The notes under the pieces were generated by a model, which was not told the DNA's origin, did no database searches, and was given only the letters and a program-made list of their open reading frames with translations. Shown here one piece after another: positions 10,857 to 20,963 of a DNA stretch of 64,000 bases (within the stretch, counting starts at the first letter, position 1; each line of letters begins with the position of its first letter). Made by a program: the position numbers and the translations under genes. The DNA comes from Methanomassiliicoccaceae archaeon (lineage in GTDB: Archaea > Thermoplasmatota > Thermoplasmata > Methanomassiliicoccales > Methanomassiliicoccaceae), in assembly GCA_963728405.1 (NCBI GenBank), contig CAVSJV010000005.1, forward strand, positions 256,001 through 320,000. Direction: 5' to 3'.

Positions 10857-12458
10857 CTAGCTATCTACGCCGGAGGGGAAATCGGAGAGGTTGAGCTGCC
10901 CCTTCTTCTCTACTTTCTTGACCTTCTCTTTTGCGGTCTCCCGGTCCCACTGCTGCTTGAGCGAGTACAGCCGCTTGTGCATCTCCCGCTCCTTCTTCTC
11001 GCTGGAATGGAGCGAGGCCTCATCTCGGGTCCCGGCGGTCACCAGTACGACGACCCGGCCGGCCCGCGAACGACCGGTACGCCCCCTTCTTTGGATCGAC
11101 CGGATCTCCGACGGCACCGGTTCATAAAAGATGACCAGGTCGGTGTTGGCGACGTCTAGGCCCTCCTCGCCTACGGACGTCGCCACCAGCACGTTGAACT
11201 CGCCGTTGCGGAACCGACCCAGCACGCTGACCTGCTCCTTCTGCTTGAGCCCCTTCTCCCCACATCGTCCGGATTGGCCGATCAACTTGGTGACCCGGGC
11301 CCCCTCGATCTTGGAGATGTAGTTCGAGACCATTTCGCAGGTGTCCCTGTATTGGGTGAACACCAGGATGCGCGAGTCTGGTTTTACCTGGATCTGGTTG
11401 CTCACGATGCCCATGACCCGGGAGATCTTGGGATGCTCCATCTTGAGGGTGGAGAGCATTCTCTCCAGCTCCTCGAATTCCTCCGAGGCAACGATGGCCC
11501 TCGAGGCCTTGGAGCCGTCCTCGGAGGTCGCTTCGGTCTTGAGCTTTTCAAGGTAGCTAGTGAGGGAGGTGACGCCCTGCGTCTCCGCCAGCTCTAGCGC
11601 GTGCCCGATCTTGATGGCCCGCGCTTGCACTGAGAGGGCGTTGTACAGTGTCCTGCTCTTTTCCCCCTTGTTCAGCCGCACCTGGATGGCACTTTGCACC
11701 TCCAACAGGTACTTGACCGAGGGCGGCCTGGCCGCGGTCATTACGCCCATGGCCACCAGCTCCTGGATGTATCGGCCGTGCAGCCTCCGTAGCACGTCGG
11801 CCACCTTGCGCATGCCGATCGGGACCTCCACTTCCACCCAGTCCATGTGGATGTCGTGGACGTACTTGGCGACGTCGGGGTCTACTTCCGATCGGACCTC
11901 GATGTTCTCGATGCCCAGGTTACCGCAGACCTCTTTGATCTTGGCCATGCTGGAACCCGGCGAAGCGGTCATGCCCATCACCAGTCCGTTCATCCCCATG
12001 TACTCCTGGGCGATAGGGACGTAAGCGTAATTGCCCACGCCCCGGTGCGCCTCATCGAATATGATCAAACGCACGTCCCGTAAGGAAATGCGCTCCGTCC
12101 GAAGATCGTTGGCGATGACCTGGGGCGTGGATGTGATCACATCGCTCTGTACCCATTCCGCCTCCCGTTCCTCCGGCTCGATCTCCCCGGTCAGGACGGT
12201 CACCTTCTTCCCCACCAGCTTGTCCTTGAGGAACATGGCGTGCTGCTCCACCAGCGGCTTTGTGGGAGCTAGGAAAAGTACCTTGCCCTTTCTCTTAGAT
12301 AGAACATCCGCGACCACCCGCAGGGCGATGACCGTCTTGCCCATGCCGGTGGGGACGACCACTAGGGTGGAAGAACTCAGGCACGAGCTCACCAGATTCC
12401 GCTGATAGTCCCTCTCCTCGATGCTGTTCATTCGGATGAGGGGGTGCTCGACGAACAC
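10857..12458 (-). CDS. hef: Hef/FANCM-like SF2 helicase lacking the C-terminal XPF nuclease
   Basis: PTGMGKT, APTKPLVEQH, FDEAHR..GNYAY, TASPG, VATSVGEEGLD, FYEPVPSEIRSIQRRGRTGR; ends at 533 aa. Confidence 0.93.
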   Translation of the reverse strand: MFVEHPLIRMNSIEERDYQRNLVSSCLSSSTLVVVPTGMGKTVIALRVVADVLSKRKGKVLFLAPTKPLVEQHAMFLKDKLVGKKVTVLTGEIEPEEREAEWVQSDVITSTPQVIANDLRTERISLRDVRLIIFDEAHRGVGNYAYVPIAQEYMGMNGLVMGMTASPGSSMAKIKEVCGNLGIENIEVRSEVDPDVAKYVHDIHMDWVEVEVPIGMRKVADVLRRLHGRYIQELVAMGVMTAARPPSVKYLLEVQSAIQVRLNKGEKSRTLYNALSVQARAIKIGHALELAETQGVTSLTSYLEKLKTEATSEDGSKASRAIVASEEFEELERMLSTLKMEHPKISRVMGIVSNQIQVKPDSRILVFTQYRDTCEMVSNYISKIEGARVTKLIGQSGRCGEKGLKQKEQVSVLGRFRNGEFNVLVATSVGEEGLDVANTDLVIFYEPVPSEIRSIQRRGRTGRSRAGRVVVLVTAGTRDEASLHSSEKKEREMHKRLYSLKQQWDRETAKEKVKKVEKKGQLNLSDFPSGVDS

Positions 12459-12527
12459 ACCACTGGATAAAGGGGTGGCCTTGAAGTATCTTACGGTGGG
12501 GGCACCGTAACTGCCGAAAGTGGGGTC

Positions 12528-13211
12528 TCAGAACCACTGCTCAGCCGTCTCGGCCGGCCTCATCAGGTCCGCTGAATCCTTCGAGATGTCGTTGACCGCC
12601 TTGGAGACCGGGTATGCTTCCATATGTTCTGAAGGATACGGTCGGAACAGCCTCTCCAGCTCGTCCTTCTGCAACGGCGACGGCTCTAGCCACTCGTTCT
12701 CATCCCCCCGTGACAGGATCACTGGCATGCGTTCGTGGATATCGGCCATCAGCTCGTCGGCGGCGGTGGTGAGAATGGTGAAGCTGAGGACCTCCTTTCC
12801 ATAGGGGTCCTTCCAGTGGTCGTACAGGCCGGCCATGGCGAACAGTTTTTCATCGGTCCTTCGTGCTAGATAAGGTATCTTGCCCTTGCCCGTATCCTTC
12901 CACTCATAAAACCCAGTGGTCGGGACGAGGCACCGCTTGTCCTTCAAGGACGTTCGGAACGCCGGCCTCTCCGCCACGGTCTCAGCCCGGGCGTTGATGA
13001 GCTTGGAGCCGATCTTCTCTTCCCTCGACCAGAACGGTATGAGGCCCCAGCGCATCATGACCAGCTGATTGGGGCTCCTTCTGATGATGATCGGAACGTC
13101 CTGGGTGGGAGCGACGTTGTATCTCGGCCGGGGCATGTCTGCTACGGGAGACTCCACTGAGAATCTGGGAAGGAGATCCTTGATCTCCCCGATGGTGAAG
13201 CGGCCGCACAC
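12528..13211 (-). CDS. SRAP/HMCES/YedK abasic-site crosslinking protein
   Basis: N-terminal MCGRF, RYNVAPTQ, WGLIPFW, INARAET, GFYEW, IHERMPVIL. Confidence 0.95.
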   Translation of the reverse strand: MCGRFTIGEIKDLLPRFSVESPVADMPRPRYNVAPTQDVPIIIRRSPNQLVMMRWGLIPFWSREEKIGSKLINARAETVAERPAFRTSLKDKRCLVPTTGFYEWKDTGKGKIPYLARRTDEKLFAMAGLYDHWKDPYGKEVLSFTILTTAADELMADIHERMPVILSRGDENEWLEPSPLQKDELERLFRPYPSEHMEAYPVSKAVNDISKDSADLMRPAETAEQWF

Positions 13212-13297
13212 AGATCATGAACTGCACTGACCAGTTATCTCTTTTCCGTTGAATAGGATCAAGGAGAGGTGGCGATGGCCGGCCAGGGCCGCTTTGC

Positions 13298-13498
13298 CTA
13301 CCGGCGGAACATGCCGGTGATCTTGGCTTTCATGTCGCCGAGCATACCTTCTATGCTGCGCTCATCCACGTTGTGATGGCTCTTCATGTGCCCCTTTAGC
13401 TGATCCTTGACGGCGTTCCAACCCTCTCCATTGGCCACAAGATCGCATTTTGGGCATTCATCTCCTTTGATTTCACCCGGGAGAAACCTGGCCGCCAT
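13298..13498 (-). CDS. Small metal-binding protein (DUF1059-like CxxC...HxxxH); start uncertain
   Basis: CPKCDLVANG...LKGHMKSHH. Confidence 0.55.
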   Translation of the reverse strand: MAARFLPGEIKGDECPKCDLVANGEGWNAVKDQLKGHMKSHHNVDERSIEGMLGDMKAKITGMFRR

Positions 13499-13566
13499 TC
13501 GTTCGCATAATAATCCAAAAAAGAAAGCTTGAAGGGCCCGGTTCTACCAGGCCGTTGGGGTTGGCC

Positions 13567-13890
13567 TTAATGGCAACCGGAGCAGGAGCCACCGCAGGAT
13601 GACTTAAGGTTGGGATTGTTGACAATGAGCCCCGTTCCGCTGGGGGTCTCGATGTAGTCTACCGTCGATCCCTCCAACATCTCCTTGGTCTCGCCGTCGA
13701 AATAGAACGCGAAGCCGTCCACTTTCTGCTCGGTGTCCTCATCGTTCTTCTTCTCTTGGAAGGCCATCCCGAACTGGGGGCCGGAGCAGCCCATGCCGGC
13801 CAGGTATATCCTGATACCATAGCCCTTCTTGTCGTTCTTCTCCAACAGTTCGTTGATGAACTTGATCGCTTCAGTGCTGACTTCTACCAT
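13567..13890 (-). CDS. HesB/IscA-like Fe-S cluster assembly accessory protein
   Basis: IRIYLAGMGCSGPQFGM, LEGSTVDY, NNPN, Cys-rich C-terminus SCGGSCSGCH. Confidence 0.88.
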   Translation of the reverse strand: MVEVSTEAIKFINELLEKNDKKGYGIRIYLAGMGCSGPQFGMAFQEKKNDEDTEQKVDGFAFYFDGETKEMLEGSTVDYIETPSGTGLIVNNPNLKSSCGGSCSGCH

Positions 13891-14030
13891 GTCCAATACA
13901 CCGTTTGACTTGAGTTCCGTCAAGATATTTAAGATAATTGCCGCACTAATGCAAACCCATCTCCTTTTCCGCCGTGGGGGCGACGGCCGCGAAGCATTTA
14001 TCGCCCCTGGGCGTATAAGCAGAGGAGGCC

Positions 14031-14501
14031 ATGATCGAGACCGTCTCCCGCGAAATGACCCGCAAGGACCTCCCTCAGATCCTCTCCATCAGCAGGGACA
14101 ACATGACCGAGATCATCTTCTCGTCCTGGGGTGTGGAGTTTCGCGACGAGGACCTTCTGCACGTCATCCTGGAGCCGTCGGCGTTCACCGAGGTGCTGGA
14201 AATGGACGGTAAGATCATCGCCTACTACTCCGTGGATACGCGCAACGACGGTCTGTTCATTAACTCCATCCAGGTCATGAGGGCCTTCCAGGGGCAGGGC
14301 CTAGGAAGAGAGATGATGAGACGCGTCGAGGACCTGGCCAAGGCAAGGAAGCTTAGGGCGATAGAGTTGTGGGTGCAGACCACCAACCGATCGGCCATGG
14401 AGTTCTATCGACACATGGGCTATCGGATGATCTCCCGACAAGGTAACAACTACCTCATGCGGCGGGTGCTGGACAACGGCAACACGAGGAGGTTCTTCTA
14501 A
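14031..14501 (+). CDS. GNAT N-acetyltransferase
   Basis: IQV...FQGQGLGR motif A; LWV...N.SA..FY..MGY motif B; GGAGG upstream. Confidence 0.9.
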   Translation: MIETVSREMTRKDLPQILSISRDNMTEIIFSSWGVEFRDEDLLHVILEPSAFTEVLEMDGKIIAYYSVDTRNDGLFINSIQVMRAFQGQGLGREMMRRVEDLAKARKLRAIELWVQTTNRSAMEFYRHMGYRMISRQGNNYLMRRVLDNGNTRRFF

Positions 14502-15236
14502 TTGGGCGAGCTTCGTGAGGATCCGGCGCTGAGGGACCGGCGACAACCCTTTCGTGACCGGACCGAGGCCGGGAAGGCCCTGGCCGATTCCCTGTCGTCC
14601 CAGGGCCTTTCTGGAGCGACAATCCTGGCCATTCCTCCAGGGGGGGTCCCGATAGCCCTGGAGATGGCGGAGAGGCACGCTCTGCCATTGGATCTGTTCT
14701 TCACGGAACGGCTCGTGATGTCTGATGTTGATGAAGGCTTCGGCAGCGTGGCCTGGGGCGGGGGCTCGGTCCTTGATCGGCGGGTCTTGGACCGCCGCAA
14801 GCTCGCTCCAAGGGAGATGCGCCGGCTGAAACGCCAGAAACTCGAGGCCATACGGCAGCGGGCCAGGAAGTATGGCGTTCGGATCCCTGAGGTGGAAGGG
14901 AAGACGGTGATCCTGGCGGACGAGGGCATGATCTCCGGCAACAGCATGCTGGCCGCGGTCAAGTCCCTCCGGAGGATGGGGGCAGCGACGATCATCGTCG
15001 CGGTGCCCACTGCCCCCGGACGGGCGATCATGCGTCTGATCAACGAGGTCGACTTGCTATATTGCCTAAGCATCAGGAAGGATGACGACTCCGGCCTGTT
15101 CAGCGCCTACTCGGAGCACCGGCGATTTGGGGAGCCGGAGGCCATGGCCCTATGGGCCGCGGCTAACGAGGAGAAGGATACTAGAAATCCTTATCATACG
15201 GTACCATCTTCCATCGGCATTCCTTATGACCGATGA
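14502..15236 (+). CDS. Phosphoribosyltransferase-like protein with degenerate PRPP loop
   Basis: FRDRTEAG..LA, LAIPPGGVP, GKTVILADEGMISGNSM (canonical VDDG.ATG.T), IIVAVP. Confidence 0.82.
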   Translation: MGELREDPALRDRRQPFRDRTEAGKALADSLSSQGLSGATILAIPPGGVPIALEMAERHALPLDLFFTERLVMSDVDEGFGSVAWGGGSVLDRRVLDRRKLAPREMRRLKRQKLEAIRQRARKYGVRIPEVEGKTVILADEGMISGNSMLAAVKSLRRMGAATIIVAVPTAPGRAIMRLINEVDLLYCLSIRKDDDSGLFSAYSEHRRFGEPEAMALWAAANEEKDTRNPYHTVPSSIGIPYDR

Positions 15237-17480
15237 GCACGCCCCTCGCTCGAGTGGAGTAGAGGTTAAACTCAGCCGGGACCTGGGCTTGGCCGAGGTC
15301 CTCATGATCGGGATCGGGCCCAACATAGGTTCCTCCATCTTCCTGCTCATCGGGCTTGCCACCCAATATGTCGGTCCGGCATTGCTCATCACTTTTGCTC
15401 TGAACTTCGTCGTGACCATATTCACGGCCCTTGCCTACGCGGAGCTGGCCAGCGCATTCCCCGAGACCGGTGGGGGATACCTATGGGTCAAAGAAGGCTT
15501 GTTCGAACCCCTGGGCTTCCTGGGCGGATGGATGTCCTGGATCGGCCATTGCATCGCCTGTAGCGTTTACGCCATTGGTTTCGGTACCGGTGTCGGTCTA
15601 CTGCTGGGCCAGTATAACATAACCGTCTTCGGTCTCCCACCACAGCTCGTGTCGACCTTGTTCACTATCTTCATTGCGGTGGCCTTCTGCTATCTCAACT
15701 ATCGCGGAGTGAAAGGGGCGGGCAAGTCGGAGATATTGGTTTCCGCGTTCCTCATCGGCATCATCATCCTGTTCTGTCTCTTTTGCATAGCATTCATCTT
15801 CGGGGATCCCAGCGCAGCGGGGGCATCTGGCTTCGGCCCGATGTTGCTCCCGTTCGGATATCTGTCCATCGCGACATCCATGGGATTTACCTTCATGATC
15901 TTCGAAGGATACGAGGTCGTGGCTCAGACCGGCGAGGAGGCCAAGAACCCCGAGAAAACGGTCCCTCGTGCCATGTTCCTCTGTATCGTCATATCTACCG
16001 TCCTTTTCATCGTGGTGGCGGCCGTAACCTTCGCAACGATAGGTTGGCAGGCCACCGCGGCCGGGGGGACCACGCGTTGAACATCGCGGCCGATCGCTCG
16101 ATCCCGCTGATCGGCGGGGCATTGATGTCCATCGGAATGATCATTGGCTCCGTGGCCGCGGTCAATTCGATCGTCTTCTCCGCGTCGAGGGTCTCCTTTG
16201 CAATGGGCAGGGATGGCAATCTTCCATCGTTCTTCGGTAAACTGCATCCCGAAAAGCACACTCCGGCAACGGCAATTATTATAAGTGGAATTATCATAAT
16301 ATTCATGGCCGTCTTCTTTGACATCCGCAAGGTGGCCACCGTCGCCGACGTCATGATCCTACTGCTGTTCGTTCTGGTCAACATATCGGTGATAACCCTC
16401 CGCAAAAAGCGCCCGGACGTCAAGAGGTCCTTCATTACCCCATTATTCCCGTGGATACCCATCGTGGGAGTGGGGACAAAGATGTTCCTGGCGGTCATGC
16501 TGTTTGAACTCGATCCGCTGGCCTGGTACATCGCCCTAGCGGTCATCTTCGCCGGCCTTCTGGTCCACTACTTCGCCAAGGGCCGCCGGGTCATCGAGAA
16601 GTTCGTAGCCCCCGCCCCCGCCCTGCTATCTGAGGAGGCCAAAGCCCGATATCGTGTGCTCGTCCCCTTGGATGATGCGAAGAACGAGGGCCTCATCGAC
16701 CTGGCGGTCACTCTCGCCGCTAAGAATGATGGTGAGATCCTCCTGACCAATGTGGTCGAAGTGCCCAACAGCGTCCCCCTGAGCGCGGTCGAGAAGAAGA
16801 GGGTCGAGGAGAAGAGAAGGACCCTGGAGAAACTGAAAGAATACGCGGAGATAAGGGGAATTCGAACCCGGGCCATCGTCCTGGTGTCTCACGATGTGGT
16901 CACCAGCATTATCGACACGGCCAAGGACCAGTCGGTCAATGCCATCATTGTCGGCTGGAAGGGCTACACCAACACTCAGAAGAGGGTCCTGGGCCGCAAG
17001 CTGGACGACATCGTGCGAAGGACCCCCTGTGACATCATGGTGCTGAAGGCCGAGAGCAAGCTGAAGCCGGCCCGGATCATGATACTGTCGGGTGGGTTGT
17101 GGCACGTCAGCAAGGCCACGGAAGTGGCGGCGGACATCGCCCAGATGAATGATTCAAGGGTCACCATCCTCAACGTCATCATCAATGAACGTTATCTGGT
17201 CCGCGCGGCCGAGTACTCCAAGCGCCTTAAGAAGATCGTGGAGTCGAGAAAGGTGCCGGTCATCGTAAAGGAAACGCGACCGGAATCGTTCATTGGCGGG
17301 GTGGTGGCCGAATCGCTGGAGACGGACCTGCTGGTCATCGGTTCCTCCGCCGCCAAGCGGTGGGACCAGTTCGCCTTTGGGGCCATCCAGGACGTAATTG
17401 CCAAGAACGCCAAGTGCCCCGTGCTGGTGTACAAGCGGGTCGCTCCGGGCACTCCTGATGCCCCGGATGAAGAAGAATGA
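15226..17480 (+). CDS. APC-family amino acid permease fused to tandem universal-stress (USP) domains (frameshift at G-run ~16065)
   Basis: LSRDLG, IGSSIF, YAELASAFPETGGGY, FEGYE...GEE.KNP, SRVSFAMGRDG; C-terminal RVLVP...IIVGWKG...TPCDIMV and LLVIGS...AKCPVLV. Confidence 0.9.
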
Positions 17481-17481
17481 T

Positions 17482-18432
17482 CTAGCAGACCGCGGCAATG
17501 AGCTGATCGATGAGCAGGTCCGCAGCGTGAACAGGCACCCGGGCACCGGCGCTGGACCGATGCCCGCCGCCGCCTACACCGTTCTCCCTGGTGAACGCTT
17601 CGGCAAACTGCCCCAGGTCCAGGCCATCCTTTCTCGAAGAGCGGAGGGATGCGGTGGCAGTGTCCTTAGAATCGTGGAGCATGAGGGTGTAGTCGCACTC
17701 AAGCTCCCTGGCCACCTTGCTCAGTGCAGCCGAGCCGAATCCCTGTAGGGACAGCTTCCTTCCTCGCAGGTCCAGCAGTCCCAGGTCCCCTCGGACCTCC
17801 AGGCTATTCCGTACTCGGTCCAATGCCTTGCCCCACCGGCCGCCAGCCAATACCGCTTCCCACCTCTCTGTGATAAGGGACACTTCGGAGGGCCAGCATC
17901 CCTCGGACAGGGATCGGGCGGCTAGCAGGCGGAACGCGTCATCTTCGACGTTGAAACGCCAGGCGAAGTCCAGGACCGTAGCCTCGGCCTCCATCCGCTC
18001 CCGACCGTAGAGCTCCGACCTTGCTTCCAGTAGGGGGGTCTCCGAGCGCTCGTAGAGATCGGCTAGCGCCGCGATGTTGGAACTGATGGCCGGCTGACCG
18101 AGGAAAGCGTGGAGGGTGCCGGCCGCGCTCCGCTCCAGATCAATGACGGCGCGATCGGACCGCTGGGCGGTGGGATGGTGGTCGACCAGCAAGGTCGGCC
18201 TTTTATCATCACCCATCGCCTCGGCCAGCTCGGCGGTCAGCGGAATGTCGGCAAGGTAGATCTCTCTGGAACGGCCATCGCCCTTCATCTCCCGCAGTGC
18301 CGCGGGGGGCGAGGTCACGAAGCTGACCCAGGATCCCGGGAATCGTTGCAGGAAGACTGCCGCGCAGGCCATGCCGTCCAGGTTGCCCCTGGTGATAAGA
18401 TGCCTGCTCCAAGGGTCTTGATGTTCTCCCAT
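17482..18432 (-). CDS. DHH/DHHA1-family phosphoesterase-like protein
   Basis: GNLDGMAC (motif I, first Asp replaced by Asn), LADIP, VDHH, SLRS, GGGGHRSSAG. Confidence 0.8.
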   Translation of the reverse strand: MGEHQDPWSRHLITRGNLDGMACAAVFLQRFPGSWVSFVTSPPAALREMKGDGRSREIYLADIPLTAELAEAMGDDKRPTLLVDHHPTAQRSDRAVIDLERSAAGTLHAFLGQPAISSNIAALADLYERSETPLLEARSELYGRERMEAEATVLDFAWRFNVEDDAFRLLAARSLSEGCWPSEVSLITERWEAVLAGGRWGKALDRVRNSLEVRGDLGLLDLRGRKLSLQGFGSAALSKVARELECDYTLMLHDSKDTATASLRSSRKDGLDLGQFAEAFTRENGVGGGGHRSSAGARVPVHAADLLIDQLIAAVC

Positions 18433-18518
18433 CCGAGATACTTGACCCCGGCGAGCATTATGAACGTCCCTAACCAGTTATCACAATGGATAACATTGAA
18501 TGGGCAACATCCATCTAG

Positions 18519-19226
18519 ATGCGTGGCATTCTCCCGGCAGTGAGATTCATTGGCGTCGATCTCGCCTGGAAGGTAGCTCCGCCCAAGGAACAGGGGACCG
18601 GCTATTGCATCATCGATGAGCAGGGCCTGGTGACCGACCTCGGGCTGCTCACCACTGACGAGGGGATCATCGAGCTGGCCATGGCCGAAGATGCGTGGAT
18701 TGGCCTAGATGCTTCGCTCAAGGTCCCCACCGGTAGGAACCTAAGGAACTGCGAGAGGGCGCTGAGGTCGCTGGGGCTCAAGGCGCTCCCGACCTCCCGG
18801 GAGTTCTACCACCGGCACTATGGAGGTTGCCGGGGCGAGGTCCTCGCCCAAAGGCTGGAAGACATGGGCTACGAGTATTTCGGCGACGGACCGCGTTCGT
18901 TCTTCGAGATCTACCCATACTCGGTGGCGAGGCTGTTGCTCACCTTCCCTCGGCAGTATAAGAAAGGTCCTCGGGATGAGCGAAGGACCGGCTCCGAGGT
19001 CCTCCTACGTCAGCTTCAGGAATGGGAGCCCAGCCTTCAATTACCTCCTTCGGCGATCCCCCCTCTCGTGGACGGGAAAGGAGCGGTCGACCGCATGGAT
19101 GCGCTGATGGCCGCAGTCTTACTGTATCGTCATCGGCTATACGCCGGCATCCGTTCGCTGGTCGTCGGAGAGCATGATGACGGATACATCCTATTGCCAC
19201 GAGGGGGCGGCGGGGCTGATCGCTGA
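18519..19226 (+). CDS. DUF429 predicted RNase H-fold nuclease
   Basis: FIGVDLAW, IGLDASL, R.CERAL, FEIYP, DRMDALMAA, DGYILLP. Confidence 0.85.
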   Translation: MRGILPAVRFIGVDLAWKVAPPKEQGTGYCIIDEQGLVTDLGLLTTDEGIIELAMAEDAWIGLDASLKVPTGRNLRNCERALRSLGLKALPTSREFYHRHYGGCRGEVLAQRLEDMGYEYFGDGPRSFFEIYPYSVARLLLTFPRQYKKGPRDERRTGSEVLLRQLQEWEPSLQLPPSAIPPLVDGKGAVDRMDALMAAVLLYRHRLYAGIRSLVVGEHDDGYILLPRGGGGADR

Positions 19227-19914
19227 GGACGTGGACCTGGACATGACGTTCAGGTCGATCGGGACGACCTATGGGTATGAGGAGATCGATGCCGATTTCG
19301 CCGCATACAAGGAGTTCAAGAGCACCTGGAGGCGATGCGGCAAGAAGGTCTCATTCCAGATATCCGATTATCTGGGGGACGCGGATACTTGGGTCCTGGG
19401 AGATTTTGCCCGGTCCTTGTACACAAGGATCGCCCGGAACGGTCCGCCGCAGTCCTACAGTGAGAGATTGAGCACATATCTGCAGTCACCGGAGTTCGTG
19501 GCCCGCAACCAGCCGATTTACCTAAAGCGGAGCAGGAACCTGTCCCGCACCCCCCATGGTTCGCACTACGATCTAAAGGAAACATACCAGAGCCTGCTTG
19601 CTCGAGGCATGGTGAGGGAATGTGGCGATGCGTCGCTCAATTGGACAAAAAGCGGGAATCGGCTGCGGGTCGGCTACTGCAGTGTGCTCATGAAGGTGGT
19701 GACCATCTCATCCGTGCTGGACAACGAGAAGGTGCCGGACTTCGTGCACGAGTACGTCCTGTACCACGAGCTGCTTCACCTCGAGGACGGTCTGGGGATT
19801 GGAAGGAGGCACCATCCCTCTTCTTTTCGGGCCAGGGAGCGCATGTATCCGAGGTGGCGCGAGTCGGAGGACTGGTTGAAGCGTCTGGCCGCTCGTAAGG
19901 TCGACCTGTCCTGA
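19174..19914 (+). CDS. YgjP/SprT-like zinc metallohydrolase
   Basis: GYCS, ISSVLD...VP.FV..YVLYHELLH, H...FR..ERMYP. Confidence 0.85.
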   Translation: MMTDTSYCHEGAAGLIAEDVDLDMTFRSIGTTYGYEEIDADFAAYKEFKSTWRRCGKKVSFQISDYLGDADTWVLGDFARSLYTRIARNGPPQSYSERLSTYLQSPEFVARNQPIYLKRSRNLSRTPHGSHYDLKETYQSLLARGMVRECGDASLNWTKSGNRLRVGYCSVLMKVVTISSVLDNEKVPDFVHEYVLYHELLHLEDGLGIGRRHHPSSFRARERMYPRWRESEDWLKRLAARKVDLS

Positions 19915-19982
19915 GCGGCCGGGATGACCGTGACCCTTTTTTATATTTATATAGGAAACAATCCACCTCGGAGGTACGAGGG

Positions 19983-20963
19983 TTGTCAGAAGGACGATTA
20001 TGGGTTCGCGACATTGTCTCCAAGGGTCTGGAGGTCAACGAGATCTACGCTGTCCGAAAGAAGGACCCTCCTCGGAAGGGCAAGAAGGCCGGTTATTTCT
20101 TCACCCTGGTGGTCAGCGATGCCACCGGCGACATCAAGGTCAACTTCTGGGGCAAGGGTGATGAGGCCCTGGTGCGGAGGGCCTTCGACTCGGTCAGGGA
20201 GGGGGGCATGGTGCGGATAAGGGGCACCAGCGACCTGTTCGGGGAATCGATGGTCATCCAGGTGAACCAAGCGAACGGGGATGTATTGGACCTGGCCCGG
20301 TCCGGGGAGTTTGACATGGCCGACTTTGTCGCCTCGACCAAGAAGGACCCTGAGGAGATGTACGCCGAGCTATGCTCCCACATCGACACGATCAAGGAGC
20401 CCCATATCCACGAGCTCATGGACATCCTGCTCTCTGACGCCGTATTCGTACGTCTGTTCAAGTCCGCCCCTGCTTCGGTGTCGTACCACTGCGCCTGGGT
20501 CGGTGGGCTCTTAGAGCACACTCTCAACGTGCTGCGTACCTGTAACTTCATCGCCCAGCTCTATACCGAGCTGGACCGGGACCTATTACTGGCATCGGCC
20601 GTTCTTCACGATATCGGAAAGGTGCGCTGCTATGCGGTGTCCACGACCATCACCGAGTCGGTGGACGGACGGCTCAAGGGGCACCTGATGATCGGGGCCC
20701 AGATGGTCGAGGAAACCTGTGCCCGGTGCCAAGGATTTCCCGAACCACTGCGCACCAAACTGGTGCACATGGTACTGGCCAGTCATGGCAGCAATGAGAA
20801 GGGCTCGCCCACCGAGCCGTCGATACCGGAAGCGCTGGCATTGAACTTCGCTGACGAGATGGATGCCAAGCTCGAGCGGTTCATACGGGCACGCGGCAGC
20901 GGCGGACCGGAGGACCTGTTCGTCATGGACCATCAACTGGGGACGAAGGTCTATCTGGGCTGA
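19983..20963 (+). CDS. YhaM-like 3'-5' exoribonuclease (OB fold + HD domain)
   Basis: L.VSDATG.I...W OB fold; APA...HCA..GGLLEHT, LHDIGK, GH, LASHG, EA..L..ADEMDAK. Confidence 0.92.
   Translation: MSEGRLWVRDIVSKGLEVNEIYAVRKKDPPRKGKKAGYFFTLVVSDATGDIKVNFWGKGDEALVRRAFDSVREGGMVRIRGTSDLFGESMVIQVNQANGDVLDLARSGEFDMADFVASTKKDPEEMYAELCSHIDTIKEPHIHELMDILLSDAVFVRLFKSAPASVSYHCAWVGGLLEHTLNVLRTCNFIAQLYTELDRDLLLASAVLHDIGKVRCYAVSTTITESVDGRLKGHLMIGAQMVEETCARCQGFPEPLRTKLVHMVLASHGSNEKGSPTEPSIPEALALNFADEMDAKLERFIRARGSGGPEDLFVMDHQLGTKVYLG

Noticed and set aside
9059-17484. Pyrrolysine read-through at TAG stops (lig, hef, 13298, DHH)
   Set aside because: TAGs fall at natural C-termini, and I saw no homologous continuation beyond them.
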